DNA of 36,986 nucleotides. Origin: Candidatus Omnitrophota bacterium. GTDB taxonomy: Bacteria > Omnitrophota > Gorgyraeia > Zapsychrales > Fredricksoniimonadaceae. Every line of letters starts with the position of its first letter. The stretch's first letter is position 1. Location: the NCBI GenBank assembly GCA_013335325.1, contig JAAXVU010000002.1, positions 1 through 36,986 on the forward strand, written 5' to 3'. The notes beneath the pieces are model-generated. The model was not told where the DNA came from. It saw only the letters and a program-made list of their open reading frames with translations, and searched no databases. Positions 11,930 through 22,635 of the stretch are shown in pieces. Made by a program: the position numbers and the translations under genes.

Positions 11930-12898
11930 CTACCAGCAAGCCCCTTGTCTTAAATAACCCACATAATCCTTGATCGCAAATTCCAAAGAAGTAAAAGGTC
12001 GAACATATCCCGCCTCACGCAGCCTGGACATCTCCGCCTGTGTAAAATACTGATAACGCGAACGCAACTGTTCCGGCATATCTATATAATCAATTATCGG
12101 CATCCTGCCAACGGCAGCAAAGAGCGCCCCGGCCAGATCGTTCCAGGTGCGCGCATGCCCTGTGCCAAGATTAAAAATACCATTAATAGCAGGCCGATCC
12201 ATCAAAAATATCATTACATCCACCACATCCTTCACGTAAATAAAATCCCTCTTCTGCTCGCCATCAGAGTAACCAGCGCGATGAGAACGAAAAAGCGTCA
12301 TCCTACCATCTGCCACAACCCTGCCATAAGCCTTGGCAATCACGCTCTTCATATCACCCTTATGATACTCATTGGGACCAAAGACATTAAAGAACTTCAA
12401 ACCAACAATCTTTTCATAAAAACCATTGTCCAGCACCCACTCATCAAACATCTGCTTAGACTCACCATAATAATTCAGCGGGCGGCATCTGCGTATCATA
12501 TCGAGGGAATCAGAATATCCGTTCTCGCCATCACCATAAGTTGCCGCCGAGCTGGCATAGATAAAACGCGCACCTCTAGCCAAAGCCCAACGCGCAACCG
12601 CACAAGAGTATTCGAAATTGTTCTTTATATAATATTCACGATCCGTTCCGGTCGTGGAAGAGCACGCCCCCATGTGCACAACATGAGTAATATCACCCTG
12701 AAACTCATCCCTTGAGATCAGACTAAAGAAATCATCCTTATCAAAGAACTGATTATACTTCTTATTCATCAAATTCTTCTGCTTCAGCCCATCCGCATAC
12801 AGACGGTCTACAACTACTATATCCCCACGCCCCAGCTCATTTAGCCTAGCCACAAAACAGCTACCTATAAACCCCGCCCCGCCGGTGACAATAATCAC
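11930..12898 (-). CDS. hldD: ADP-L-glycero-D-manno-heptose 6-epimerase
   Basis: MIIVTGGAGFIGSCFVARLNELG...IVVVD is a Rossmann motif. YASSAATYG and YGESK are the SDR catalytic region. The length of 322 aa and the overall pattern fit HldD/RfaD. Confidence 0.85.
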   Translation of the reverse strand: MIIVTGGAGFIGSCFVARLNELGRGDIVVVDRLYADGLKQKNLMNKKYNQFFDKDDFFSLISRDEFQGDITHVVHMGACSSTTGTDREYYIKNNFEYSCAVARWALARGARFIYASSAATYGDGENGYSDSLDMIRRCRPLNYYGESKQMFDEWVLDNGFYEKIVGLKFFNVFGPNEYHKGDMKSVIAKAYGRVVADGRMTLFRSHRAGYSDGEQKRDFIYVKDVVDVMIFLMDRPAINGIFNLGTGHARTWNDLAGALFAAVGRMPIIDYIDMPEQLRSRYQYFTQAEMSRLREAGYVRPFTSLEFAIKDYVGYLRQGACW

Positions 12899-12908
12899 AA
12901 AACAACTC

Positions 12909-13442
12909 CTACTTATTTAACTCCAGCACCATATCTCTACCAAAATCATACGCTGCCTGTTGAAATCCCCTCGACCCGTCCGGCACTACCCGCCGTCCAA
13001 ATACAAGAGCCACCACTTCCCGGCTAGCCACATCCCTGACATCCGCCTTCACCAAAAATACCGCCTCTTTCTTAAATAAAAGACCATCCACGAAACCCGG
13101 GGCCTGCACCTTCTCGATATGCCCCTCTACGAGCAAATCAGCTCCACCGGAACTATCAGGACTTTTATAATACATCCTGGAGCTACCACCCTCCATAGCA
13201 TCTACAGCGCCCTTAACAATGGACAAAGCCATTCGATCCAACTCCGGAGTCGCCTCCGCTCCAGGCCCAGCCTTAAAAGGCTCTAATATCAGTGAACCCC
13301 CCTTAACTAAAATATCCGGACGCAGCACCTCCACACTCAAACCCGGCTCCGAGGCCTGGCCACTCTTAATCACTTTTGACGACCAAAGACAGCCGCCAAA
13401 CAGCAAACAAGCCGCCAATACTAATAAATAATTCCTTCGCAT
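12909..13442 (-). CDS. Lipoprotein of unknown function
   Basis: MRRNYLLVLAACLLFGGC is a signal peptide plus lipobox (L-F-G-G-C). No family recognised. Confidence 0.55.
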   Translation of the reverse strand: MRRNYLLVLAACLLFGGCLWSSKVIKSGQASEPGLSVEVLRPDILVKGGSLILEPFKAGPGAEATPELDRMALSIVKGAVDAMEGGSSRMYYKSPDSSGGADLLVEGHIEKVQAPGFVDGLLFKKEAVFLVKADVRDVASREVVALVFGRRVVPDGSRGFQQAAYDFGRDMVLELNK

Positions 13443-13494
13443 TATGGCAATCCTAACTTGCAGACCAATAGATGCCCGACGTTTTCAGGCCGAA

Positions 13495-14991
13495 CTAACG
13501 CCCAGCCTTGATAGTCATTTTCTTTAACTTTTCCGCAACAAGGCTAGACATCATGCCCGGCTTGACGCGCCACTTCCAATTACCTTTTACAGTGGAAGGT
13601 TTATTCATGCGCGCCTCTCGTCCCAGCCCCAGCAAATCCTGTAATGGAATGATGGCCAGATTGGATACCGAATTCAATACACGAAAAATAAGCTCCCAAT
13701 GAACATCTTCCGCCTTAATCTCCTTGCCAAAATATTCCAGCATATTCTTCTGCTCTAATGGCGTGACATCATATCTATACCAACCCCGTACAGTATTGTT
13801 ATCGTGCGTGCCGGTATACGCCACACTGGCCGGGATATAATTATCTGGCAAGTCTCGACTCTTTTTGTATTCATTATGGAATGCGAACAACATAACCCTC
13901 ATGCCCGGAAAACCAAACTGTTCTTTCAGGTCATCCACATCTTGCGTAATAATACCCAAGTCTTCCGCAATGATAGGCAAACTTGGAAAACGCTTGGCCA
14001 ATGTGGAAAAAAGTTCCACGCCAGGCACATCGCGCCAGGCACCGTTGCGAGCTGTCTCTTCGGATGCCGGTATCTCCCAACACTGTGCAAAGGCGCGAAA
14101 ATGATCGATCCGGATCGCATCAAAAAACGCCAGGCCGTGCTTAAGCCTGTCCCCCCACCAACCGAATCCCGCCTCGGCCAACCGCTCCCAATCGTAAACC
14201 GGATTGCCCCAACGCTGCCCATCCTCACTAAAATAATCCGGCGGGACTCCCGCCACAACCGACGGACGCCTATTAGAATCCAACTTGAAAAACTCCGGAT
14301 GACTCCAGACGTCCACACTATCGTAATTAACATAAATAGGCATGTCACCTATCAGCGCCACACCTTTCATCGAACAATAATTTTGCAACCGGATCCACTG
14401 TTGATAAAACAAAAACTGGTAAAACTTCTGCGCTTCCAATAAGCGCGCATTATCTCTGGCAAAATCGGCCATGGCGTCCTTACGCCGATCCCTATACTCC
14501 GCCGGCCATTCAGACCAACTCCCCAGTCGAAAACGACGCTTCAATACAACAAAAAGCACATAGTCATCCAGCCATCCACTATTCTCACGGCAGAACTGCT
14601 CAAAAGCACGCAGGCCAACCCGCCGCTCCTGGTATACCTCCCAGGCCTTGGCCAGCATGGCGGATTTGGACGAAACGACAGCAGCATAATCCACATCACT
14701 CTCCGCACCGCGCATCGCCTCCACATCCTTGCGGGCCAGCAAGCCATCCTCCTGTAGACCATCAGGGCTGATAAATAAAGTATTAAAAGCAAAGGCCGAT
14801 TCAGTGCTGTACGGAGAATTGGCAAGGGCCAAGTCTGTCGGGTTGATTGGCAAGACCTGCCAGAATTTCTGCCCGGAACGAACCAGGAAGTCGACAAAAC
14901 GGTACGCCTCAGGTCCGAGATCACCTATACCGAAGGGAGATGGCAGCGAGGAAATATGACACAAAATACCGCTAGCCCGATTTTCCAACAT
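13495..14991 (-). CDS. malQ: 4-alpha-glucanotransferase (amylomaltase, GH77)
   Basis: The N-terminus is GILCHISSLPSPFGIGDLGPEAYRFVDFL. Downstream motifs are IGDMPIYV, RIDHFRAF, IAEDLG and YTGTHDN. The length of about 500 aa fits. Confidence 0.9.
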   Translation of the reverse strand: MLENRASGILCHISSLPSPFGIGDLGPEAYRFVDFLVRSGQKFWQVLPINPTDLALANSPYSTESAFAFNTLFISPDGLQEDGLLARKDVEAMRGAESDVDYAAVVSSKSAMLAKAWEVYQERRVGLRAFEQFCRENSGWLDDYVLFVVLKRRFRLGSWSEWPAEYRDRRKDAMADFARDNARLLEAQKFYQFLFYQQWIRLQNYCSMKGVALIGDMPIYVNYDSVDVWSHPEFFKLDSNRRPSVVAGVPPDYFSEDGQRWGNPVYDWERLAEAGFGWWGDRLKHGLAFFDAIRIDHFRAFAQCWEIPASEETARNGAWRDVPGVELFSTLAKRFPSLPIIAEDLGIITQDVDDLKEQFGFPGMRVMLFAFHNEYKKSRDLPDNYIPASVAYTGTHDNNTVRGWYRYDVTPLEQKNMLEYFGKEIKAEDVHWELIFRVLNSVSNLAIIPLQDLLGLGREARMNKPSTVKGNWKWRVKPGMMSSLVAEKLKKMTIKAGR

Positions 14992-15146
14992 GCAACTCTC
15001 CGATTATTTTCGAAATAAACCAAGAAAACACCGAGAAAAACTTGGCAGACAAAGATCGTTCATGCCAGCCAAACCGTTGAGACAAACGAGACGCCAACTC
15101 TTTCCAGCAGAATCCCGTAACTGCAGCAAACAAAAAGCGACCCGAA

Positions 15147-15512
15147 CTATTTCCTCAAATGTGTCTTGGCCGCCCTCGACTTGAATTTAACCTCCACATA
15201 TTGTACAGCAACATCAAAAGAAGTCGAAGATGACTCCTGAGTCCTGACCACCCGGGCCAAACCTTTGTAGATATCAATAACACCGGACATGACAACCTCA
15301 AGCTCTATAATGTCTCCGGACTTATAGGGTATTGCACTCAGGAACAAAAGGCCGCCCAAGCTCATGTTTTTGGTAGTGGACAGACTCCACGTAGCAGCCT
15401 GCTTGCGCCCAGTACGCTTAACCAGCCTATGCTGGACAGCCACCACCCGGTCAGCACGAACACTGTCACGACGCTCGTTGAATTTTACATCCCTGGACCG
15501 GTCATCTGCCAT
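15147..15512 (-). CDS. Single-domain PilZ (c-di-GMP-binding) protein
   Basis: The RxxxR motif (RDSVR) and the (D/N)-h-S-x-x-G motif (NMSLGG) have the expected spacing. The protein is 121 aa. SD GAGGAGG lies upstream. Confidence 0.75.
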   Translation of the reverse strand: MADDRSRDVKFNERRDSVRADRVVAVQHRLVKRTGRKQAATWSLSTTKNMSLGGLLFLSAIPYKSGDIIELEVVMSGVIDIYKGLARVVRTQESSSTSFDVAVQYVEVKFKSRAAKTHLRK

Positions 15513-15550
15513 AAACAGCCTCCTCGAAGAACGTCACACCACCATTAAAA

Positions 15551-16936
15551 TCACGCTGGACCCAACATTTTGGCCGGGTCTACAATCCTATCGAACTCTT
15601 CCGACTGCACATACCCCAAACTAACTGCAGCCTCCTTCAGAGTACAATTCTCCGCATACGCCTTCTTGGCCACCTCGGCCGCCTTATCGTAACCAATCTT
15701 CGGCGACAGCGCGGTAACCAGCATGAGCGCCCTGTCTACATAATCCCGGAGCCTGGCACGATTAGGCTCGACCCCCGCAACACAATTCTGCGTAAAACTC
15801 TCCACCGCATCCGACAAAAGCTGGATCGAATGCAATACATTATAAATGATCACCGGCTTGAATACGTTAAGTTCAAAATTACCGGAAGCGCCGGCAACCG
15901 TGACTGCCACATGGTTACCCATAACCTGAGCAGACACCATGGTCAGCGCCTCGGTCTGAGTAGGATTGACCTTGCCCGGCATAATAGAACTGCCCGGCTC
16001 ATTAGACGGTATCGTGATCTCGCCCAACCCGCAAGACGGACCTGAGGCCAGCCAGCGTATATCGTTGGCGATCTTCATAAGCGAAGCCGCTATGGTATTA
16101 AGCGCCCCCGACACTTCCACCATAGCATCATGCGCCGCCAAAGCCTCAAATGTATTCCTTGCTTGACGAAATTCAATGCGGGAGAATTGATTAATTGTGC
16201 TAATGGCCCCGCGGGCAAAATCGCGGTGTGTATTCAAACCTGTCCCCACCGCCGTTGCTCCCAATGCCAATTCGGTCAAGCGCGGCCAAACGGCATGCAC
16301 ACGCTCGATCGCATTGTTCACCTGCTGAGCATACCCCGAAAACTCATGCCCAAGCGTCACCGGCGTAGCATCCATCAAATGCGTGCGACCAATCTTTACC
16401 ACATCCCGAAATTCCAAAGCTTTTCGCTCCAGTACATTTTGCAATCCCTGCAAAGACGGTAAAAGCTCGCCGCGTAAGGCGGTAGCTACGGCAATATGCA
16501 TCGCTGTCGGGAAAACATCATTTGAAGATTGCCCCTTATTTACATCGTCGTTAGGGTGCACCAACCTGGACCCTAATTGTACACCCAATAACTCCATAGC
16601 CCGGTTGGCCAAGACCTCGTTCATGTTCATGTTGGTCTGCGTCCCGCTTCCCGTCTGCCATACCACCAGCGGAAAATGTTCATCCAACTTTCCAGCCATG
16701 ACCTCACCAGCAGCCTGGGCAATAGCCTCAGCCTTTTTCTTATCCAGCAAACCCAGCCTGGAGTTCGATAAAGCCGCCGCGTGTTTCACCAACGCCAGTG
16801 CTTGGATAAAAACAGCCGGAAAACGATCCCCTCCGATCTTGAAATTATCCAGGGAACGCTGCGTCTGCGCGCCGTAATACATCCCAACCGGCACCTTCAC
16901 ATCCCCCATGCTGTCAGACTCAATTCTGTATTCCAT
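15551..16936 (-). CDS. fumC: Class II fumarate hydratase
   Basis: The [13 protein letters not shown] signature is present. The protein is 461 aa with typical FumC N-terminal blocks ([17 protein letters not shown]). Confidence 0.9.
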   Translation of the reverse strand: MEYRIESDSMGDVKVPVGMYYGAQTQRSLDNFKIGGDRFPAVFIQALALVKHAAALSNSRLGLLDKKKAEAIAQAAGEVMAGKLDEHFPLVVWQTGSGTQTNMNMNEVLANRAMELLGVQLGSRLVHPNDDVNKGQSSNDVFPTAMHIAVATALRGELLPSLQGLQNVLERKALEFRDVVKIGRTHLMDATPVTLGHEFSGYAQQVNNAIERVHAVWPRLTELALGATAVGTGLNTHRDFARGAISTINQFSRIEFRQARNTFEALAAHDAMVEVSGALNTIAASLMKIANDIRWLASGPSCGLGEITIPSNEPGSSIMPGKVNPTQTEALTMVSAQVMGNHVAVTVAGASGNFELNVFKPVIIYNVLHSIQLLSDAVESFTQNCVAGVEPNRARLRDYVDRALMLVTALSPKIGYDKAAEVAKKAYAENCTLKEAAVSLGYVQSEEFDRIVDPAKMLGPA

Positions 16937-16995
16937 ATCAATCCAATCCCATCAAGTAACATTCATCTTAAAACTGCTTAATATCCAACCGCCAA

Positions 16996-17745
16996 CTATT
17001 TTCTCTGCGCCATAGATTTAAAAGCATCCAAAAGGTCGATCGGTACCGGGAACACTGTCGTCGTATTGTTCTTCGCCCCGATCTCAATCAAGGTCTGCAG
17101 ATAACGCAACTGCAACGCCATGGGCGTCTCCTGCATCAATCTGGCCGCATCGCACAACTTGGCCGCCGCCTGGAACTCGCCTTCTGCCGCGATGACCTTT
17201 GCCCGGCGCTCGCGCTCCGCTTCCGCCTGCCGCGCCATGGCCTTACGCAGATCGTCGGAGATATCCACATCCTTCACCGCCACGCCAGTCACCTTGATAC
17301 CCCACGGATCGGTCAAATGATCCAACAGTGTCTGGAGCTTCTCGTTGATCTTTTCGCGTTGCATCAAAAGCTCGTCCAAATCCATCTCACCGAGCACGCT
17401 GCGCAATGTAGTCTGCGCCATTTGAGACGTGGCGAATTGAAAATTCTGCACCTCCACCAGAGACCTTATAGGATCCATAACCTTAAAATAGACCACCGCA
17501 TTGACCTTGGCGGAGACGTTGTCCTTAGTAATAACATCCTGCGGCGGAACATCAAGAACTACCAATCGAAGACTGACCACTACCGCCCGGTCGATCGGCC
17601 ACAATACAAATATTAATCCCGGCCCCTTGGGTGCTGGTAAAACACGTCCTAAACGAAAAATTACAGCGCGCTCATACTCGTTAAGAATCCTGACACTGTT
17701 CAAAAACCATACCAGAAACAGCACTCCCAAAATTATCGCTGGCAT
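16996..17745 (-). CDS. SPFH/band-7 (stomatin-like) membrane protein
   Basis: It has an N-terminal TM helix and a band-7 core ([28 protein letters not shown]). It lies immediately downstream of an nfeD-like gene. Confidence 0.85.
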   Translation of the reverse strand: MPAIILGVLFLVWFLNSVRILNEYERAVIFRLGRVLPAPKGPGLIFVLWPIDRAVVVSLRLVVLDVPPQDVITKDNVSAKVNAVVYFKVMDPIRSLVEVQNFQFATSQMAQTTLRSVLGEMDLDELLMQREKINEKLQTLLDHLTDPWGIKVTGVAVKDVDISDDLRKAMARQAEAERERRAKVIAAEGEFQAAAKLCDAARLMQETPMALQLRYLQTLIEIGAKNNTTTVFPVPIDLLDAFKSMAQRK

Positions 17746-17746
17746 G

Positions 17747-18490
17747 TCAGCCCCCTTTCTTTTCTGGTAGAACTCGCTTGACCTTCAGCACCATTCCATC
17801 AACTGCAACTATTTCAACCGGCTCTCCCTTGGAAATAGTCTCCTCGGAGAGCGCATTCCACAAAGTTCCCTGAGCACTAACCTTACCCGCTTTTCCAGGT
17901 ACCAAGTCTGACCAAGCATCCCCCTTCAGACCAATCATGCCCTCTTTACCAGACATAATTTTAGATCCCTGAGCACGGATTGCGGAACGCACCAGGAACA
18001 CCGTCAGGAATGCCGTAAGCATTGTCAAAATCAAAACCACTGAATAAGCTACCCGCATCGGCGGATTGACCGGCTGAAACAAATACAAAGAACCTACCGC
18101 CATCAGCACGACACCAGCTGCCAAGATTATCCCGTTAGCCGGCACAAAGGCCTCCCATAAAAAGAGCCCGATGGCAAAAACGATCACCAAAAGCGCCACC
18201 CAGTTTACCGGCAGCATCCGAAAACTCGCCACGCCTAAACTCAAGCACACAATACCCATAATCCCAGAAACACCAAAGCCGCCGTGAGTAAACTCGTGAA
18301 GAAGCGCGAAGAAGCCGACCAGCAGGATTAGATAAAAGACATTAGGGTTGGAAAGAGAAACCGTCACCCACCACCGCAGGACAGAAAACAGAGAGGCCCC
18401 GTCATCTGCAGATACAAACTGGGCAAACGCCGGCGCCGAGAAAGAAAGCAGAAAGATAACGGAAAGAACCGAACGGATTCTCGACATCAC
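17747..18490 (-). CDS. NfeD-family membrane protein (short form, no ClpP-like protease domain)
   Basis: It has a signal peptide, 4-5 TM helices, and a C-terminal OB-like tail ([37 protein letters not shown]). It forms the canonical nfeD-stomatin gene pair. Confidence 0.75.
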   Translation of the reverse strand: MMSRIRSVLSVIFLLSFSAPAFAQFVSADDGASLFSVLRWWVTVSLSNPNVFYLILLVGFFALLHEFTHGGFGVSGIMGIVCLSLGVASFRMLPVNWVALLVIVFAIGLFLWEAFVPANGIILAAGVVLMAVGSLYLFQPVNPPMRVAYSVVLILTMLTAFLTVFLVRSAIRAQGSKIMSGKEGMIGLKGDAWSDLVPGKAGKVSAQGTLWNALSEETISKGEPVEIVAVDGMVLKVKRVLPEKKGG

Positions 18491-18502
18491 CGCACCTCCT
18501 TT

Positions 18503-19954
18503 TCAGTTGTTCTGAAAAAAATGCGTCAGAAGCCTAACACCCACACCGGTAGCTCCGTGCCCGTAATATAAACGAACGTCGTTATCCACAAAAGCCGTGC
18601 CCGCTATATCCAGATGCGCCCACGTCGTCTTATCCACAAACTGACGCAAAAACTCCGCCCCGGTCATCGTACCGCCCGCACCGCGCCAGTTGGAGGTGTT
18701 TTTAATGTCTGCGATCTTGGACTTCATCGAATCTTTCAACTCCGGATAGTTTGGCAACCGCCATAAACGGTCATCGGTCGCCCGAGCGCTGGCTAAAAGC
18801 TCTTCCGCCAGGGAGTCATTGTTGGAGACGAGCCCTGAATAATCATGCCCCAGAGCAACGACCACAGCCCCGGTCAGAGTCGCGATGTCGATGATCCTGG
18901 CAGGCTTGTCCTTATCCACGATATACGACAAAACATCCGCCAGAACCAGCCGGCCTTCCGCATCGGTATTCCCTATCTCGACCGACTTGCCGGAATATCC
19001 GACGACAACATCTCCCGGCTTGTACGCATTGGCATCGATCGCATTCTCCGCGATTGCACAGGCGAAAATAATATTCTTCTTTATCTTTAATTCCAAAGCG
19101 GTCTTAAGCACGGCAATAACCGCTGCCGCACCACTCATGTCCGAACGCATGGTTTCGATATGCCCGGTAGGCTTAAGATTTAACCCGCCGGAGTCGAAGG
19201 TAAGCCCCTTGCCAACAACAGCAGTATAAGGCTCTTTTTTGCCAGCCCCACGGTAGCGGGCAATAAGCACACGCGGCTCCTTGTTACTGCCCTGATTGAC
19301 AGCCAAAAGCAGACCGAATTTCCGGGCCAGCATCTTCTTGCGGTCGAGGACCTCTAAAGAAACATTCCCCTTACCCCGCACAATGCCGCGCACGACTTTC
19401 TCCAGAAACAGCGAGTGGACCACATCCGCATTTTCGTTAACTAAATCACGAGCAAAGTTGACGTTCTCTGCCACTTTGACTATAGCTGAATATTCCTCCC
19501 GAGGACTAGCCACAACAAATATATCTTTCTTGGAAACAGACTTGTCATCCTTCTTTACGGAAACATATTTCTTCCAGGCATAGACTCCGATAACTGCAGC
19601 CTCAATGATTGCGATGGCATCCTCGGCAGTATCCGCATGCGGAAGGATCTCCAAAGACGCCACTTTCTTAAGCCCTGCCGACAAAAGCGCCCTGCGCACC
19701 GCCATACACAAAGCGGTACGATTGACATCCTTCTCCTTACCCAGCCCGACAAACAAAATCAGCTTCTTACCAGACACGGCCGGAAACAGCTCGCCACCGT
19801 TCCCTTCGAACTGACCAGCCGCCACCGCCTTCTGCAGCTCAGCAAGCAAGGCCTTATCTTTCACCGGAACACTCTCCGACTTGGCCTGCTCCGAGGTTAA
19901 AAGCACCAGCACGGCTGACTTATCGAATTTAAAATCTCGGCGGACCTGAATCAT
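18503..19954 (-). CDS. pepA: Leucyl aminopeptidase (M17 family)
   Basis: The NTDAEGRLVLAD signature is present, along with the VGKGLTFDSGG and MRSDMSGAA metal-site blocks. The protein is 483 aa. Confidence 0.9.
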   Translation of the reverse strand: MIQVRRDFKFDKSAVLVLLTSEQAKSESVPVKDKALLAELQKAVAAGQFEGNGGELFPAVSGKKLILFVGLGKEKDVNRTALCMAVRRALLSAGLKKVASLEILPHADTAEDAIAIIEAAVIGVYAWKKYVSVKKDDKSVSKKDIFVVASPREEYSAIVKVAENVNFARDLVNENADVVHSLFLEKVVRGIVRGKGNVSLEVLDRKKMLARKFGLLLAVNQGSNKEPRVLIARYRGAGKKEPYTAVVGKGLTFDSGGLNLKPTGHIETMRSDMSGAAAVIAVLKTALELKIKKNIIFACAIAENAIDANAYKPGDVVVGYSGKSVEIGNTDAEGRLVLADVLSYIVDKDKPARIIDIATLTGAVVVALGHDYSGLVSNNDSLAEELLASARATDDRLWRLPNYPELKDSMKSKIADIKNTSNWRGAGGTMTGAEFLRQFVDKTTWAHLDIAGTAFVDNDVRLYYGHGATGVGVRLLTHFFQNN

Positions 19955-20011
19955 AAAACACTCCTTTAGAGAGACAGCTGCAATGCTACTGCCAGTCTGC
20001 CCCTAAAATGC

Positions 20012-21310
20012 CTAGCGTTTGGTTATTGGAACGTAGTCGCGCTTATTCATACCGACATAGATCTGGCGCGGACGGCCTATCTTGGCCCCAGGGCTTTCCA
20101 TCATCTCTTTCCAATGCGCGATCCAGCCTGGAAGACGTGCGATCGCAAACATGACCGTGAACATATTCATCGGAATGCCAATGGCTTTGTAAATTATCCC
20201 GCTGTAAAAATCCACGTTCGGATACAGGTTGCGTTCAATAAAATAAGGATCAGCCAAAGCCTTCTCCTCCAACTTGACCGCAATTTCCAGAAGCGGATCG
20301 TGGATACCCAGCTTCTTGAGCAAGTCGTGCGCAGACTTTTTGATGATCTTGGCCCGGGGGTCATAGCTTTTATAAACCCTGTGCCCAAACCCCATAAGAC
20401 GAAAACGGCTGGACTTGTCTTTCGCCATGGATATGTATTTGTCGACGTCGCCACCCTCGCGGTACATCTGTTCGAGCATCATGATGACCTCTTCGTTGGC
20501 CCCGCCATGCAAAGGACCCCACAAAGCGCAGATGCCGGCCGTAATCGAAGCGTACAAATTGGCCCAAGAGCTGCCCACCAGGCGGACAGTTGAAGTCGAG
20601 CAATTCTGTTCATGGTCGGCATGCAGAATAAAAAGAACCTTCAACGCCTGCACAACCTCGTCGTATATCTTGTACTGATGCGTCGGGGATGAGAACAGCA
20701 TGTTCAGGAAGTTAGGAATATATTCCAGATCATGCCGTGGATAAACAAAGGGCTGCCCGAGGGACTTTTTATGGGCAAAGGCCACAATAGTACGGACCTT
20801 GGACATCAGCATCACCACGATACGGTCGAAGTCTTCCTTGGTGGGATTCAGCATATCGATGCCGGGATAATAGGCCGACAAGGAACAGACCATGGAAGCC
20901 AGAATAGCCATCGGATGTGCTGTGGAAGGATAGCCGTCGAAGAAATTCTTCATGTCTTCGTGCAGCATGGAGTGCTCGGTAAAAGACTCAGAGAAATGCC
21001 GCAACTGATCGGAGTTGGGCAATTCACCATAAATCAACAGATACGCCGTCTCAATAAAGGAAGACTGCTCGGCCAACTGCTCGATGGGATACCCGCGATA
21101 GCGAAGAACACCGCTTTCGCCGTCGAGGAAAGTAATGGCCGACGCACAGTTCGAAGTATTCCCGAAACCGTGGTCGAACGTAACATAATTCGTCAACGAA
21201 CGCAACTTGGATATGTCTATCCCCCGCTCACCTTCGGTGCCAATTATCACCGGCAATTCAAAGGTGTTTCCGTCAACGACAACCTTGGCATTGGCTTGCG
21301 ATTGATCCAT
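20012..21310 (-). CDS. gltA: Citrate synthase
   Basis: GFGHRVYKSYDPRA and LHADHEQNCSTS are active-site blocks. I place the start at the ATG at 21310 (MDQSQ), preceded by GGAGGAG. The track start at 21367 is probably an over-extension. Confidence 0.9.
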   Translation of the reverse strand: MDQSQANAKVVVDGNTFELPVIIGTEGERGIDISKLRSLTNYVTFDHGFGNTSNCASAITFLDGESGVLRYRGYPIEQLAEQSSFIETAYLLIYGELPNSDQLRHFSESFTEHSMLHEDMKNFFDGYPSTAHPMAILASMVCSLSAYYPGIDMLNPTKEDFDRIVVMLMSKVRTIVAFAHKKSLGQPFVYPRHDLEYIPNFLNMLFSSPTHQYKIYDEVVQALKVLFILHADHEQNCSTSTVRLVGSSWANLYASITAGICALWGPLHGGANEEVIMMLEQMYREGGDVDKYISMAKDKSSRFRLMGFGHRVYKSYDPRAKIIKKSAHDLLKKLGIHDPLLEIAVKLEEKALADPYFIERNLYPNVDFYSGIIYKAIGIPMNMFTVMFAIARLPGWIAHWKEMMESPGAKIGRPRQIYVGMNKRDYVPITKR

Positions 21311-21405
21311 TACTCCTCCTGGTATCGATAAAATAAAGATTACCGGGCACGATTCCCCGAAATACATCGGACGCCTGAAAAAGCGTCATCTTTAATAAGG
21401 GATTC

Positions 21406-21434
21406 ATTATATTATTTGAAAATAATTAAATCAA
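21406..21434 (-). promoter_or_regulatory. Candidate sigma-70 promoter for gltA
   Basis: The minus strand has TTGATT (21429-21434), a 17-nt spacer and TATAAT (21406-21411), within an AT-rich intergenic region. Confidence 0.5.
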
Positions 21435-21510
21435 TTTTTAATTATTGTATAGCAGGAATGAGAAATATACGCCTTGTCACACAAGCAGAGGCCTCACAGC
21501 GAATGCGCTG

Positions 21511-22635
21511 TCAGCGCACCGCATCAATTGCGTCCTCGCCACTGCCTCGTAACTCTATCTGGTCAGCTTCCATAGTCTGCACTTCTACCTCTTTTGCAAT
21601 AGACCGCAACTGTGGAAATATTTCAAAAAAAGCCGTTACGACCGCAGGGTCAAAATGAGAACCGCTCAGGCGCTTGATCTCTTTGGCAGCCTCGTCAAAA
21701 GACCAGGCCTTCTTATAAGGACGCTCGGAAGTCAACGCGTCCAGCACATCACAGACCGCGCAAATACGCCCCACCAGCGGGATCTCTTCGCCGCGAAGCC
21801 CGCGGGGATAACCTTTTCCATCCCAACGCTCGTGATGGGTCAATGCTATCGCCTCCGCCATTCTCAGGAACGCCGAATCTCCTCCCGAAAGCAACCGTGC
21901 ACCGATCTCGGTATGGGTCTTCATAACCTCCCACTCTTCCGGCGTCAAAGGTCCCGCCTTAAGTAGTATCCGATCCGGTATGGCTATCTTGCCGACGTCA
22001 TGTAACGGACTAGTGGTAAGCAGCAGCTCGCAGTCGCTTTCCTTCATACCCAGCTTGTGCGCCAGCGCGGCCGCATAGCGGCTCATGCGAATGATATGTT
22101 TCCCGGTCTCGGTATCCCGGTACTCCGCCGCGTAACCCAGACGCCGGATAACGTCGATACGGCTGTCGCGCAACTCTTTGGTACGTGCCTCAACCAGGAG
22201 CTCCAGCTCCTTGTTCTTATTCTTGATTTCGCAATGCAGAAGACGGGTTTCAATAAGATTTCTCGCCCTCAACAAGACCTTGGCACGCTCATAAGGCTTG
22301 CCGAGAAAATCTTTGGCCCCGGCGGTAAGCGCCCTTAAATGAACATGCTCGTCCGCATCGCCGGAAATAACCAGAATCGGCAAATAATCCTCCGGATCCA
22401 AGGCTTTCAGCCTGCGCATCACTTCAAATCCGTCAAGGTCAGGCAAATTGAGATCCAGCACCATCAGGTCAGGCTTGTAACTGGTATATACATCGACCAC
22501 CTTCTTCGCATTCAACATGCTACGGATATTACGAAATCCAGCTTCCTTCAGAATGGCCTTGATAAGATTGGAGCTTACCCGGTCATCTTCAACAATAAGG
22601 ATCCTGGCATGCAAAATACTGTCCGGTGTCACCAC
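21511..22635 (-). CDS. Response regulator with HD-GYP c-di-GMP phosphodiesterase domain (RpfG family)
   Basis: The N-terminal REC domain has ILIVEDD and DLMVLDLNLPDLDG. The C-terminal domain has HDVGK and HHERWDGKGYP. The GTG start overlaps the surE stop by 7 nt. Confidence 0.85.
   Translation of the reverse strand: MVTPDSILHARILIVEDDRVSSNLIKAILKEAGFRNIRSMLNAKKVVDVYTSYKPDLMVLDLNLPDLDGFEVMRRLKALDPEDYLPILVISGDADEHVHLRALTAGAKDFLGKPYERAKVLLRARNLIETRLLHCEIKNKNKELELLVEARTKELRDSRIDVIRRLGYAAEYRDTETGKHIIRMSRYAAALAHKLGMKESDCELLLTTSPLHDVGKIAIPDRILLKAGPLTPEEWEVMKTHTEIGARLLSGGDSAFLRMAEAIALTHHERWDGKGYPRGLRGEEIPLVGRICAVCDVLDALTSERPYKKAWSFDEAAKEIKRLSGSHFDPAVVTAFFEIFPQLRSIAKEVEVQTMEADQIELRGSGEDAIDAVR

Noticed and set aside
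13804-14442. Long antisense or out-of-frame ORFs inside well-supported genes. This one lies in malQ. Others are 1077-1697, 12155-12715, 16383-16877, 20732-21331, 24357-24845, 33647-34009 and 35117-35482.
   Set aside because: Each is fully embedded in a gene with strong family signatures on the opposite strand or another frame. Their translations are Arg/Ser/Pro-rich, as is typical of shadow ORFs in sequence of this GC content.
18582-18638. Two perfect DnaA-box 9-mers TTATCCACA (18582-18590 and 18630-18638), plus an 8/9 match at 18912-18920. A possible replication origin.
   Set aside because: All lie inside the conserved pepA reading frame. The two perfect ones encode F-V-D-N and F-V-D-K, and the 8/9 match encodes I-V-D-K. 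There is no adjacent AT-rich unwinding element and no dnaA or dnaN gene, so coding coincidence is the simpler explanation.
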